From Octopus sinensis (Eukaryota): a DNA stretch of 64,000 bases. The position numbers and the translations under genes are program-made. The notes under the pieces are model-generated. The model was not told the DNA's origin, made no database searches, and saw only the letters and a program-made list of their open reading frames with translations. Location of the stretch: the NCBI RefSeq assembly GCF_006345805.1, contig NC_043026.1, forward strand, positions 9,548,001 through 9,612,000. Reading direction: 5' to 3'. This document shows positions 12,494-24,927 of the stretch, in pieces (position 1 is the stretch's first letter; each line of letters starts with the position of its first letter).

Positions 12494-13162
12494 CAGTGGT
12501 TTTCAACCAGGGTTCCACGGAACCTTAGGGTTCTGCCAGTTCTGGCAGTGTTTCTACAGCTGGATGCCCTTCCTAACGCCAACCACTCGGTGAGTGTAGT
12601 GGGTGCTTTTTACGTGCCACCTGCACAGGTGCCAGGTGGGGTCCGGCATCGGTCACGATCGGTTGGAGTTTTTAACGTGCCAGCGGCACGGAAGCCAGCC
12701 AAGGCGGAGCTGGCAACGTTCGGATGGTCTTTTTTTTTTTTTTATGTGCCACTGGCACAGGGGCCAGTCGGGGCGGCGCTGGCATCGGCCACGTTCGGAT
12801 GTTGCTTTTTATGTGCCATCCTGTATTATATTCCGATATAGTGTATCTTGGACTACAAAAACCAATGTACCATTTCTTAGCATTGTTGTTATTTAGCCCT
12901 GGGTCAAATCAGATCGATCAGATCACATGGTCAAAACCATTCCACGGAACCTTAGGGTTCCGCCAGTACAGGGGTTCCGCAAGAAGTTACAAAACTGCTA
13001 AAATCGGCAGTAATTTTTAATTCTCCTGTGCAGATATGTGTGCATAAGACTATTAAATTATTGCACAGGGGTTCCTCGAGCCAGTAATGTTTCCTTGGGG
13101 TTCCGCTCCAGCAAAAAGTTTGAAAAGCACTGATATATATATATATATTGTATAGTGTTTTA

Positions 13163-13196
<34 letters not shown>

Positions 13197-13458
13197 ATGT
13201 GCAATATATGGCTTCATCGAATCCTGTAGAGACTTCTTTTGTCATATATATATATATCAGTGGTTTTCAACCAGGGTTCCGCCAGTATAGTCCAGGGGTT
13301 CCGCAAGAAGTTACAAAACTGCTAAAATCGGCAGTAATTTTTAATTCTTCTGTGCAGATATGTGTGCATAAGACTATTAAATTATTGCACAGGGGTTCCT
13401 CGAGCCAGTGGAATGTTTCCTTGGGGTTCCACTCCAGCAAAAAGTTTGAAAAGCACTG
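12494..13458 (+). mobile_element. composite of two hAT-type MITEs bounded by one 8-bp TSD
   Basis: TIRs CAGTGGTTTTCAA / TTGAAAAGCACTG at 12494-13132 and 13258-13458. GATTAAAT at 12486-12493 and 13459-13466. Confidence 0.85.
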
Positions 13459-13601
13459 GATTAAATCATGTGAACACGACCTCACCAACACCTTCCCCAC
13501 TCCACTACAAGTCATGTGACTCGTGCCATGTGACCACTACTGCACCAGCACTCCACCCCTCATTCTGCTACAAGTCGAGTGACGCATGTCGCGTGACTTA
13601 C

Positions 13602-13681
13602 CTGGCAGCCAATGCGACGACGTAGGAGTTGGTCGCGTATATTGTGGAGGACTTGTTGCTCTTCATGTTGGCTGCACGCAC
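13602..13681 (-). CDS. IFT172: IFT172 exon 5 (VRAANMKSNKSSTIYATNSYVVALAA+AG)
   Basis: ttcttccag| ... |gtaagt, 80 nt. Matches [22 protein letters not shown]. Not present in the ORF track. Confidence 0.95.
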
Positions 13682-13924
13682 CTGGAAGAAAGGTTAGAGA
13701 AGGATTGAGAGGCAGAAGGTCGGATGTCAAGGGTCAAAGGTCAAGAGCCGGATGTCAACAGTGAGGTCAAATCTAACACACACACACACACACGAAATGA
13801 TTTTGAATAACAAGCCAGTAAGGAAGGCCACTAAGTGGTCATACTATGTTTGTCCATCAGAGCAATGAAGACCATCTAGTCGTCCTTACGGATGACAGAT
13901 ATTTAGGACACTGGTTTTGCTTAA

Positions 13925-14762
13925 CCCTTTCGTTGCTGTATTTATTTTGAGATGTCCTGTGTTTCTCTCAATTAATTTTAAATATAACAAAGAATTTAGT
14001 AAAATAACTTCGTTATCATTAAGCTAGTGTTAGGAACATAAATTGTGACTAAGGTTTGGTGGAAGATTTTAATTCAAAATTTATGAAAACAAGACATTTG
14101 TTCTACAGAGCCAGAGGTGGTTTCAGCCGGATTGGTATCGAAAGGGTTAAAAACACCTCTACATTTGGGCAGATGGACATTAGAAGCAGTTGGAAGGGTG
14201 TGGATTGAAGGAAATTTAGGCTATTATTTCTAGCATATACAGTAACCACATTGGAGTCTCCTTCTCTGATTCCTTCTGCTGGTTATTTTTCTTCTTAACC
14301 CTTTTGTTACCATATTTCTGTTGTTGAGATGCTATGAATTTCTTTTAATTAATTTTAAATATAACAAAGAAATTAGTAAAATAACTTAGTTATCATTAAG
14401 CTAGTGTTAGGAACATACATTGTGACTAAGGTTTGGTGGAAGATTTTAATTCAGAACTTTTGCAAACAAGACATTTGTAGTACAGAGCCAGAGGTAGTTT
14501 CAGCCGGATTGGTATCGAAAGGGTTAAGAATTGTTTCTCTATTATATATATTTTAACCCTTTTTTTTACCATATTTCTGTTGAGATGCTCTGTGTTTCTT
14601 TCAATTAATTTAAATATAACAAAGAATTTAGTAAAATAACTTTGTTATCATTCAGCTAGTGTTAGGAGCATATATTGTGACTAAGGTTTAGTGGAAGATT
14701 TGAATTCAAAATTTATGAAAACAAGACATTTGTACTACCGAGCTAGAGGAAGTTTCAGCCAG
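13925..14762 (+). mobile_element. three tandem piggyBac-type MITEs (13925-14146, 14299-14523, truncated 14557-about 14762)
   Basis: TTAA|CCCTTT...AAAGGG|TTAA ends on copies 1 and 2; shared internal sequence of about 222 bp. Confidence 0.8.
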
Positions 14763-15741
14763 ATTTCACTGTCCCCAGGACCAGCGTGCCTGGAGTTTTT
14801 AAGGTCCAGCCAACATTCAGAATGTGTCTGAGACATCTCTGATGAAAGTGCTCAAGGACCCTTACATGACATTTATAAAGGGTCCATGTCTCACATACAT
14901 ACATACATACATACATTGTTTGCCTGTCAGAGAGGCACAGATCAATAAGTCATCCTTCAAGGATAATTAGATGACTTATGTACAACGCTTCTTGCAGAAG
15001 TGTTGTGCACCATCACCTGCAGTTTCATCTATGACACAAATACACACACACACACAGAGGCTTGCATGCATGCACAGACACACGTATACACATGCACACA
15101 CAAACACACACACACTCACACAAACACACACACTCATACACATTCACACACACTCATACACACACACACAGGCATGCAGGCACAAAGACACACATGCATG
15201 CACACAGACACACGTACACACACATGCACACACAAACACACACACACACACACAGAGGCATGCAGGCACAAAGACACACACACTCATACATACACATGCA
15301 CACACAAACACACACACACACACTTCCACATACATGAATGCGCATGCACACACACACGCAAACACACACATACATGCACACACACACTTCCATATACATA
15401 CACATGCACACACAAACACACACACACACACTTCCATATACACATACACGCACACACTTCCATATACATACACATGCACACACTAACACACACACACTTC
15501 CACATACATGAATGCACATGCACACACACACACACACTTCTATATACATACACATGCACACACAAACACACACACACACACTTCCATATACACATACACG
15601 CACACACATACACATACATACAAACACACCCACAACACTGCACACAAGAAGAGAAGCAGAAAGTAGGTCGAAAAAATTTTTACAGAGACACGAATGTATC
15701 ACACGGGATAGAGAGCTAGTGGCTGAAAAATGGGAACTCAC

Positions 15742-15847
15742 CTTTCCGTCGACCTGACCAAAAATCAAAGCTTGATTGTTCGGCCAAACCATCGCAGTCA
15801 CGGAACTCTGAAGTACAAACTTGTTGCATATCACTTTCTTATCTCCC
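15742..15847 (-). CDS. IFT172: IFT172 exon 4 (G+GDKKVICNKFVLQSSVTAMVWPNNQALIFGQVDGK)
   Basis: tttgcag| ... |gtgagt, 106 nt, phase 2 to 0. It completes the W codon from exon 3 and contains the GDKKVICNKF motif. Confidence 0.97.
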
Positions 15848-15881
15848 CTGCAAAAAAATATAAAAGGGAAAATTAAAAGAA

Positions 15882-15913
<32 letters not shown>

Positions 15914-16110
15914 ACACGCACGCACTCACGCACACATTGGCATAGCTAAGAGGGAAGCAAAAGGAGTGACCCCTCAAAATTGGTGCCTTTCCAAAATTTT
16001 TTTTTTTAACTCTTTTGTTTGCTTGTCAGAATAAAAGTTGGGACTGGCATGGTTGGAGAATGGATCTTGAATGATGACTAAATGATCTGTGCCTCTCTGA
16101 CAGGCAAATA

Positions 16111-16144
<34 letters not shown>

Positions 16145-16213
16145 ATGGTTGTATATGTATGTATGTATGTATATGTGTGTGTATGTATATGTGTGTGTAT
16201 GTATATGTGTATG

Positions 16214-16244
<31 letters not shown>

Positions 16245-16729
16245 TGTGTGTGTATGTATATGTGTGTGTATGTATATGTGTATGTATGTATGTATGCATG
16301 TATGCATGTATGTATGTATGTGAGACATGGACCCTTTATAAATGTCATGTAAGGGTCCTTGAACACTTTCATCAGAGATGTCTCAGACACATTCTGAATG
16401 TTGGCTAGACCTTAAAAACTCCTGGGGACAGCTGATATCTTGAGCATTGAGGCAATGGTGCACAAGCACCAATTACTTTGGAGTGGGCACCTTATTAAAG
16501 TGAAGGATAGCAGGATCCCTAAGTAGATGCTATATGGGGAACTTTCTTATCTCCCCTGTACAAATATAAAAGGGAAAATTAAAACACATACACACACACA
16601 CACATATACACACACGCACGCACTCACGCACACATTGGCATAGCTAATAGGGAAGCAAAAAGAGTGACCCTCAAAATTGGTGCCTTTCCAAATTTTTTTT
16701 TAACTCTTTAGTTTGCTTGTCAGAATAAA

Positions 16730-17130
16730 AGTTAGTTCGTTAGTTAATTTTTTGGCTCAAAAAGCAAAAAGCAAGGCCATGTAGGGGGACATGGAGTTAT
16801 GTACAGGGTGGTGTTCATGTAAAAGAGTTCAGGCCACTTGTGGTCAAGGGAGACTTTGAACCGAGCGGTCGTCGGCATCTTCACCATCTCGTCCGGCAGC
16901 TTATTCCACGGATCCGCAACCCAGACGGAGAAAGCCCCTCTCCTTCGATTAAGATGAAATCATCGCAGATAGAGCTTTTCGGAGTGACCCCGCAGCCGAC
17001 ACTCTGGAGCAGGAGTGAAGAACAGCTCTTTCGAGAGGTTACACTTTCCGCTTATGATGTTGTGAGCATGAATGAGATCACCACAGCGTCGTCATTTTTC
17101 TAGAGAATAATGGTCAAGCGTCTTCAGCCT
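16730..17130 (-). mobile_element. CR1-clade LINE 3' fragment, degenerate
   Basis: Minus-strand translation YSLEK*RRCGDLI...RLRGHSEKL...AFSVWVADPWNKLPDEMV...FKVSLD is the typical CR1 ORF2 C-terminus. Confidence 0.85.
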
Positions 17131-17269
17131 TTCTTCATAAGACAAATTCTTGAGACCAAGAACCATACGGGTAGCCAGCTTCTGGACTCTGGGACTGGCA
17201 TGGTTGGAAAATGGATCTGAATTGACCTAGCAACAAGAATGGCAAGAAAGGGCACGTTTGATAAAGTAA

Positions 17270-17790
17270 TCCTTGCTCCCCTATGCCTGAATATAGTACA
17301 GGATGGAATGTCTATGATCATAGACATACTGGATCAAAACCGACCTGGGGTTAAACAGCAACAAAGAAGGACACAGACAATGTACTCCTAGATATACTAT
17401 GCCTGAATAAAAGACAGGATTGTCACAGCTGGAGCATTTTTGATTATAGGACTGCCGGGTCAGGACTGACCAAGAGTTAAACAGCAACAAGGACACATTA
17501 GATGATGTAGTCCTAGATACACTCTGCCTGAATAAAAGACAGGATGGTCACAGCTGGAGCATCTTTGATCATAGGACTGCCGGGTCAGGACAGACCAAGG
17601 GTTAAACAGCAAAGGACACATTAGATGATATAGTCCTAGATACACTCTGCCTGAATATAACACAGAATGGAACTTTTATGATCATAGATCTACTGGATCA
17701 GGACTGACCTAGGGCTAAACAAGGAAGGACACATTATGTGGTGTAGTCCTTGTTATACTATGTCGGCAATATTCTTTGGTCATACATTGG
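17270..17790. repeat. diverged tandem repeats (about 115-120 bp) related to the 111-bp satellite
   Basis: Shares cctagatacact, tttgatcatag and gacc..gggttaaacagcaac motifs with the 420-3000 array. Confidence 0.7.
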
Positions 17791-17905
17791 CCTGCTCAGT
17801 CAGACCTGTCCCAGGGCTAAACATAACTACCATCAGCATAACCAGCACTGCAAACCCCACACACACACCAGGATAGGAAGCTAGAGCTGTTGAAATGTAA
17901 CTCAC

Positions 17906-18018
17906 CACTGAGTTCCAATTTTGTAAACGTAGATGATGTTGTCCGTTTGTCCAATGGCGATCTTTGTGGAGTCTGGCGAGAAGCAAAGACCTTTCACTGT
18001 GTAGCTGGTCTTACCATA
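17906..18018 (-). CDS. IFT172: IFT172 exon 3 ([37 protein letters not shown]+TG)
   Basis: ttgcag| ... |gtgagt, 113 nt, phase 0 to 2. [23 protein letters not shown] matches the human sequence as recalled. Confidence 0.97.
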
Positions 18019-18034
18019 CTGCAATATCAGAATA

Positions 18035-18650
18035 GAGTGTGAGTGTGAGTGAGGGTGAGTGATGGTATGAGTGAAAGTGTGAGTGAGGGTGAAGGTATGA
18101 GTTTGGGCGTCAGTAAGCATGGGAGCGACGGTTTGAGTGTTAGTGAGATGTGTGAGATGTGATTGTGAGTGTGAGTGAAGGTATGAGTGAAGGTGTGAGT
18201 GAGGGTGAAGATATGAGTTTTGGTGTGAGTGATGGTTTGAGTGTGAGATGTGATTGTAAGTGATGGTATGAGTGAAGGTGTGAGTGAGGTGAAGGTATGA
18301 GTTTTGGTGTGAGTGAGGGTGAAGGTATGAGTTTTGGTGTGAGTGAGGGTGAAGGTATGAGTTTTGGTGTGAGTGAGCATGTGAGTGATGGTTTGAGTGA
18401 AAGTGTGACTGAGGGTAAAGGTATGAGTTTGGATGTCAGTAAGAATGTCAGCGATGGTTTGAGTGTTAGTGAGGTGTGTGAGATGTGATTGTGAGTGTGA
18501 GTGAAGATATGAGTTTTGGTGTGAGTGATGGTTTGAGTGTGAGATGTGATTGTGAGTGATGGTATGAGTGAAGATGTGAGTGAGGGTGAAGGTATGAGTT
18601 TTGGTGTGAGTGAGCATGTGAGTGATGGTTTGAGTGTGGGTGATTTTTGA
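18035..18650. repeat. degenerate minisatellite (about 30 bp, tgtgagtgagggtgaaggtatgagttttgg)
   Basis: Directly visible, immediately 5' of the IFT172 exon 3 acceptor. Confidence 0.85.
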
Positions 18651-18758
18651 GTGTGCATGGCACCTTGGGCAAGTGTCTTCTGCTATAGCCTCGGGCCGAC
18701 TAAAGCCTTGTGAGTGGATTTGGTAGACGGAAACTGAAAGAAGCCCGTCGTATATATG

Positions 18759-18791
<33 letters not shown>

Positions 18792-20584
18792 TTGTATGTC
18801 TATGTTTGTCCCTCTAGCATTGCTTGACAACCGATGCTGGTGTGTTTATGTCCCCGTTACTTAGCGGTTTGGCAAAAGAGACCGATAGAATAAGTACTGG
18901 GCTTACAAAAGAATAAGTCCCGGGGTCGAGTTGTTCGATTAAAGGCGGTGCTCCAGCATGGCCGCAGTCAAATGACTGAAACAGCTGAAATAGCTTACAA
19001 ACTCTAGAATTTTCTCAATAAAACCAAGAGAAAATGATGTTTTATAAACACATTCTACCAGTATACGAAGTTTAAAAGTGTTTAGTTAACTAGAAATTGT
19101 GTTGACAACTGCCGTTCAAACGGAAAAGATCCCATTACATTTCAGACAGATCAGCATTGAGTTACCGATCAGTTTCCATCTACCAAATCCACTCACAAGG
19201 CTTTGGTTGGCCTGAGGGTATAGTAGAAAACATTTGCCCAAGGGTGTCATGCAGTAGGACTGAACTCAGAACCATGTGTTTGAGAAGCAAGCTTGTTACC
19301 ACACAGCTACGCCTGTGCCTATGATAATGATGATGATTTCATATTTTTTCTCTAAGATCATCTTGTCAAATTATGTTCCAAAACGCCATCTTAGTAATGG
19401 ATAAAGATAGTACGGTTTGCTGTTGTTGTTGTTGTTGTTGTTTTTACATAATACATCATACACCAGGTTCTTAATTATTTTTAGAATTAATTGAATCATA
19501 TAGGAAGTATATTTCGTTAAAAATATGATGATGAAAGAGTTAAAACAACAAGATCATTAAACCAACAAGACAAGACTATAATTAAATGTCAGAAATGAAT
19601 TATTGTTTATCTTTCGATAAAAGCAACAGCAACTATTTTGAGATGATGTCAGTAATGGGCTTGCTGGCTGGGTTATCAGAAAGCGGTACATGTACTGTTT
19701 CGCTATAAAGTGTCTGTTGATAATCCACTAAGAAAAGCCAACATTGACATCCGCTGAACAAAACCGAAAGATAATTAAATTCTTATTATAAAGATGCTAG
19801 TGTAAGTATCTCTAATATAGATATAGGCGCAGGAGTGGCTGTGTGGTAAGTAGCTTGCTAACCAGCCACATGGTTGCGGGTTCAGTCCGACTGCGTGGCA
19901 TCTTGGGCAAGTGTCTTCTGCTATAGCCTCGGGCCGACCAATGCCTTGTGAGTGGATTTGGTAGACGGAAACTGAAAGAAGCCCATCGTATATATGTATA
20001 TATATATATATATATATATAGGCGCAGGAGTGGCTGTGTGGTAAGTAGCTTGCTTACCAACCACATGGTTCCGGGTTCAGTCCCACTGCGTGACACCTTG
20101 GGCAAGTGTCTTCTACTATAGCCTCGGACCAGGCAAAGCCTTGTGAGTGGATTTGGTAGATGGAAACTGAAAGAAGCCCATCGTATATATGTATATATAT
20201 ATATATATATATATAGGCGCAGGAGTGGCTGTGTGGTAAGTAGCTTGCTTACCAACCACATGGTTCCGGGTTCAGTCCCACTGCGTGACACCTTGGGCAA
20301 GTGTCTTCTACTATAGCCTCGGGCCGACCAATGCCTTGTGAGTGGATTTGGTAGACGGAAACTGAAAGAAGCCCGTTTCAGCTTTGGTCGGCCTGAGGCT
20401 ATAGTAGAAGACACTTGCCCAAGATGCCACACAGTGGGACTGAACCCGGAACCATGTGGTTGGGAGCCAAACTTCTTACCACACAGCTATGCCTAGAGAA
20501 AGCTCCACTGAATTATTTTATCCCCTAGGCCCCCCTTTTGTTTTTTCTACAGGTAAATACAAAAAAAATGAGAAGGGAACTCAC

Positions 20585-20728
20585 CTTTGGATCTGCAGGC
20601 TTTAAGGAAAATTTATCTCGTTTCTCTCCGGCTTCATCGTACAGCAGAACGACACGGTCCGAGGTGCACACGGCACATTTCACGTTGTTTGCCGACCAAC
20701 ACACAGCGCAGATTTTTGCTGCACCATC
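20585..20728 (-). CDS. IFT172: IFT172 exon 2 ([48 protein letters not shown])
   Basis: ccctgcag| acceptor and |gtgagt donor, 144 nt. Strong similarity to the IFT172 WD40 region DGAAKVTCMAWSQNN...[17 protein letters not shown]. Confidence 0.97.
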
Positions 20729-20819
20729 CTGCAGGGAGAAGGGCAAGACTGGAATTAGGGACGAGGATGGGGAAAGGTGACTCAAAATGAGTGTACGTAA
20801 ACAGAAAACACAGACACAT

Positions 20820-20864
<45 letters not shown>

Positions 20865-20877
20865 TATACACACATGC

Positions 20878-20908
<31 letters not shown>

Positions 20909-22031
20909 TACATATATATATGCACGCACACATACACATATAAATACATATATATATGCACACATATACACACATGCAATATATATACACACATACATGC
21001 ATATATATATATATATATACACACACACATACATACATGCATATATATACACACACACATACATACATATACACACATGCACATACATACATATATATAC
21101 ACACACATACATACATGCATATATATACACACACACACATACATACATGCATATATATACACACACACATACATGCATATATATACACACACACATGCAT
21201 ATATATATACACATACATACATATTTATATATATATGCACACACATATTCACACGTGCATATATATATCTATATATATATACACACACATATACACACAT
21301 ACATATATACATACATACACACATACATATATACATACATACACACACACATATATATATACACACATATATACACACGCATCACAATCAAATTTGATGA
21401 CTGGCATCCGTGCTAGTTGAGCGCTAAGAGTACCATACGAGTGAGATCGTTGCCAGAGCAACAAGCTGGCATCCGTGCCGATGGCACGTTAAGAACACCA
21501 TTCGAGTGTGATCGTTACCTGCGTCGCCTTACTAGCACTTGTGCTGGTGGCACAAAAAATGATTCAAGCGAGGTCGTTGCCAGTGCCTCTGGACTGGCTC
21601 CTGTGCTGGTGGCACATAAAAAGCACCTTTCAAGCGTGGTTGATGCCAGTACTACCTGACTGGCCCTCGTGCCGGTGGCACGTAAAAGCACCCACTACAC
21701 TCTCGGAGTGGTTAGCATTAGGAAGGGCATCCAGCTGTAGAAACTCTGCCAGATCAGATTGGAGTTTGGTGCAGCCATCTGGTTCGCCAGACCTCAGTCA
21801 AATCATCCAAACCATGCTAGCATGGAAAGCGGACGTTAAACGATGATGATGATGATATATATATATATATATATATTTATATTATATTGAGGGTACTACT
21901 ATTCGTAGATACCAACACGCTAAGAGGGACCAATGCGGTCAAAACTACTAAAAATAAACAAAATTTTACCGAATGCAAAACTTCAAAACACATCATTTTA
22001 AAAAAGAATTCAGTTACATACCCAATGTTTA

Positions 22032-22084
<53 letters not shown>

Positions 22085-22503
22085 TACTCTTTTACTTGTT
22101 CAGTCATTTGACTGCAGCCATGCTGGAGCACTGCTTTAGTCGAGCAAATCGACCCCGGGACTTATTCTTTGTAAACCCAGTACTTATTCTATCGGTCTCT
22201 TTTGCCGAACCACTAAGTGACGGGGACGTAAACACACCAGCATCGGTTGTCAAGCAATGCTAGGGGGACAAACACAAACACACACACACATATATATATA
22301 TATGATGATGATGATGATGATGATATACATATATACGACAGGCTTCTTTCAGTTTCCGTCTACCAAATCCACTCACAAGGCATTGGTCGGCCCGAAGCTA
22401 TAGTAGAAGACACTTGCCCAAGGTGTCACGCAGTGGGACTGAACCCGGAACCATGTGGTTTGTTAGCAAGCTACTTACCACACAGCCACTGTGCCTATAT
22501 ATG

Positions 22504-22537
<34 letters not shown>

Positions 22538-22758
22538 AATGAAGTTAATTAATGAGGGTAGAAATTGATATTAATTAAAAATCTAAAGACTATAAATTAT
22601 ATTACATATATAAGAGAAATTGCCACCAAGATGGATTCCTAATGTGCTAGAAGACACCAGATCAGCTTACCTCAAAGAATGTATTCTCTATTGTGTGTAT
22701 ATATACATATATATATATGGACACACACTAATACACACAAAATATATATATATATATA

Positions 22759-22789
<31 letters not shown>

Positions 22790-23198
22790 CATATAGAGAT
22801 AGAATAGGCGCAGGAGTGGCTGTGTGGTAAGTAGCTTGTTTACCAACCACATTGTTCCGGGTTCAGTCCCACTGCATGGCACCTTGGGCAAGTGTCTTCT
22901 ACTATAGCCTCGGGCCGACCAATGCCTTGTGAGTGGATTTGGTAGACGGAAACTGGAAGAAGCCCGTCGTATATATGTATATATATATGTGTGTGTGTCT
23001 GTGTTTGTTCCCCTAGCATTGCTTGACAACCGATGCTGGTGTGTTTACGCCCCCGTCACTTAGCGGTTCGACAAAAGACACCGATAGAATAAGTACTGGG
23101 CTTACAAAGAATAAGTCCCGGGGTCGAGTTGCTCGACTAAAGGCGGTGCTCCAGCATGGCCGCAGTCAAATGACTGAAACAAGTAAAAGAGTAAAGAG

Positions 23199-23255
<57 letters not shown>

Positions 23256-23302
23256 GTATATATATGTATGTATGTTTATATATGTATGTATGTATATATA
23301 TG

Positions 23303-23341
<39 letters not shown>

Positions 23342-23411
23342 GTATATATATGTATGTATGTATATATATGTATGTATGTATATATATGTATGTATGTATA
23401 TATATGTATGC

Positions 23412-23442
<31 letters not shown>

Positions 23443-23575
23443 TGTATGTATGTATATATATGTATGTATGTATGTATATGTATGTATGTATGTATATGTA
23501 TGTATGTATATATATGTATGTATGTATATATATGTATGTATGTATATATATGTATGTATGTATATATATGTATGC

Positions 23576-23606
<31 letters not shown>

Positions 23607-24681
23607 TGTATGTATATATATATGTATGTATATATATATATGTATGTATGTATGTATATATATGTATGTATGTATATATATGTATGTATGTATATATAGA
23701 TAGATAGATAGAATGAAAGAAAGAAAGAAGGGGTTATAGAGAGGAAAAGTGGGACAGACAGTTACATACATACACACACATACCAGTAATTCTCTCGATG
23801 AATATATGTAACTATTTGCTGCACGTATCTTCGGGAATTTATTCAAAGCAAAGGAAATTAAGCCTCAAATTTGGTGTGTGGGAGGGGGGGCAGAGGATCA
23901 CATCGTCTGCGGCGGAATTTGAACTCAGAACGTTAAGAAATACGGGGTAGCATTTTGTCCGACGAGCTGACGACTCTGCTGCCAGCTCATCTCTTTAAAG
24001 CAGAATAAATAAAGAAAAAACATCGCCATACTAGAAATAAATGCAACATATAATATTAATTACAAGACAATTAGAACATAAAACTTTACGAAAATTATAT
24101 GAAAATAAATGAGAATGAACATCACATCAAAAAACATTTTAAAATCATTATAAACATTATGAAAGATATAAAATTCCCTTATTTTTCTGTCAGTCTATCT
24201 ATATATTTGCACCCCTATTCTTTATCTGTCTCCTAAAGTTGTCATAACTATTTCTTTATTACCCCACAAGGGGCTAAACACAGAGGGGACAAACAAGGAC
24301 AGACATAGGTATTAAGTCGATTATATCGACCCCCAGTGCGTAACTAGTACTTATTTAATCGACCCCGAAGGGATGAAAGGCAAAGTCGACCTCGGCGGAA
24401 TTTGAACTCAGAACGTAACGGCAGACGAAATACCTATTTCTTTACTACCCACAAGGGGCTAAACACAGAGGGGACAAACAAGGACAGACATATGTATTAA
24501 GTCGATTACATCGACCCCCAGTGCGTAACTAGTACTTATTTAATCGACCCCGAAGGGATGAAATGCAAAGTCGACCTCGGCGGAATTTGAACTAACTTCA
24601 GTCTTTACGTCTCCATCTTGAAAATATCCCTAAACTTTCTTCTTCATGTGCTATGGAAGTTATATTTCTTGGTTTTTTTAC

Positions 24682-24720
24682 CTGAGGGGGTAGAATATTC
24701 TTGTAATATTTCAATAACAT
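24682..24720 (-). CDS. IFT172: IFT172 coding exon 1 (MLLKYYKNILPPQ)
   Basis: ATG at 24720, 39 nt, ends CAG|GTAAAA (phase 0). It resembles the human IFT172 N-terminus MHLKHLRTLLSPQ as I recall it and splices in frame to exon 2. Confidence 0.85.
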
Positions 24721-24913
24721 GTCTTCGGGATATCAACTACTAAATATCCGAGTGAAAAATTTTGGTGAATTTCTTTGGCTTGACTCGATTTTTTTCATGC
24801 AAACGATTCGATATAAAGAAGGGAAGAATTGGTTGATGATAACAAAATGGACATTAAAACCTTTCACGCGATGTTTGGGTTTATACGTTCCATTGTTATT
24901 TTTTTTCCTTTTG

Positions 24914-24927
24914 GTTGTTATGGCAGC
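24914..24927. promoter_or_regulatory. RFX X-box-like motif upstream of IFT172
   Basis: GTTGTTATGGCAGC versus the canonical GTTGCCATGGCAAC, followed by an AGTAAC half-site (24929-24934). It lies about 195 bp upstream of the ATG in non-repetitive DNA. RFX control of IFT genes is established. Confidence 0.6.

Noticed and set aside
14971-16408. HT/CV/YI dipeptide ORFs here and at 20525-21420, 23023-23846, 31230-32295, 54281-55267
   Set aside because: (CA)n, (TA)n and (TACA)n microsatellites lack stop codons by composition.
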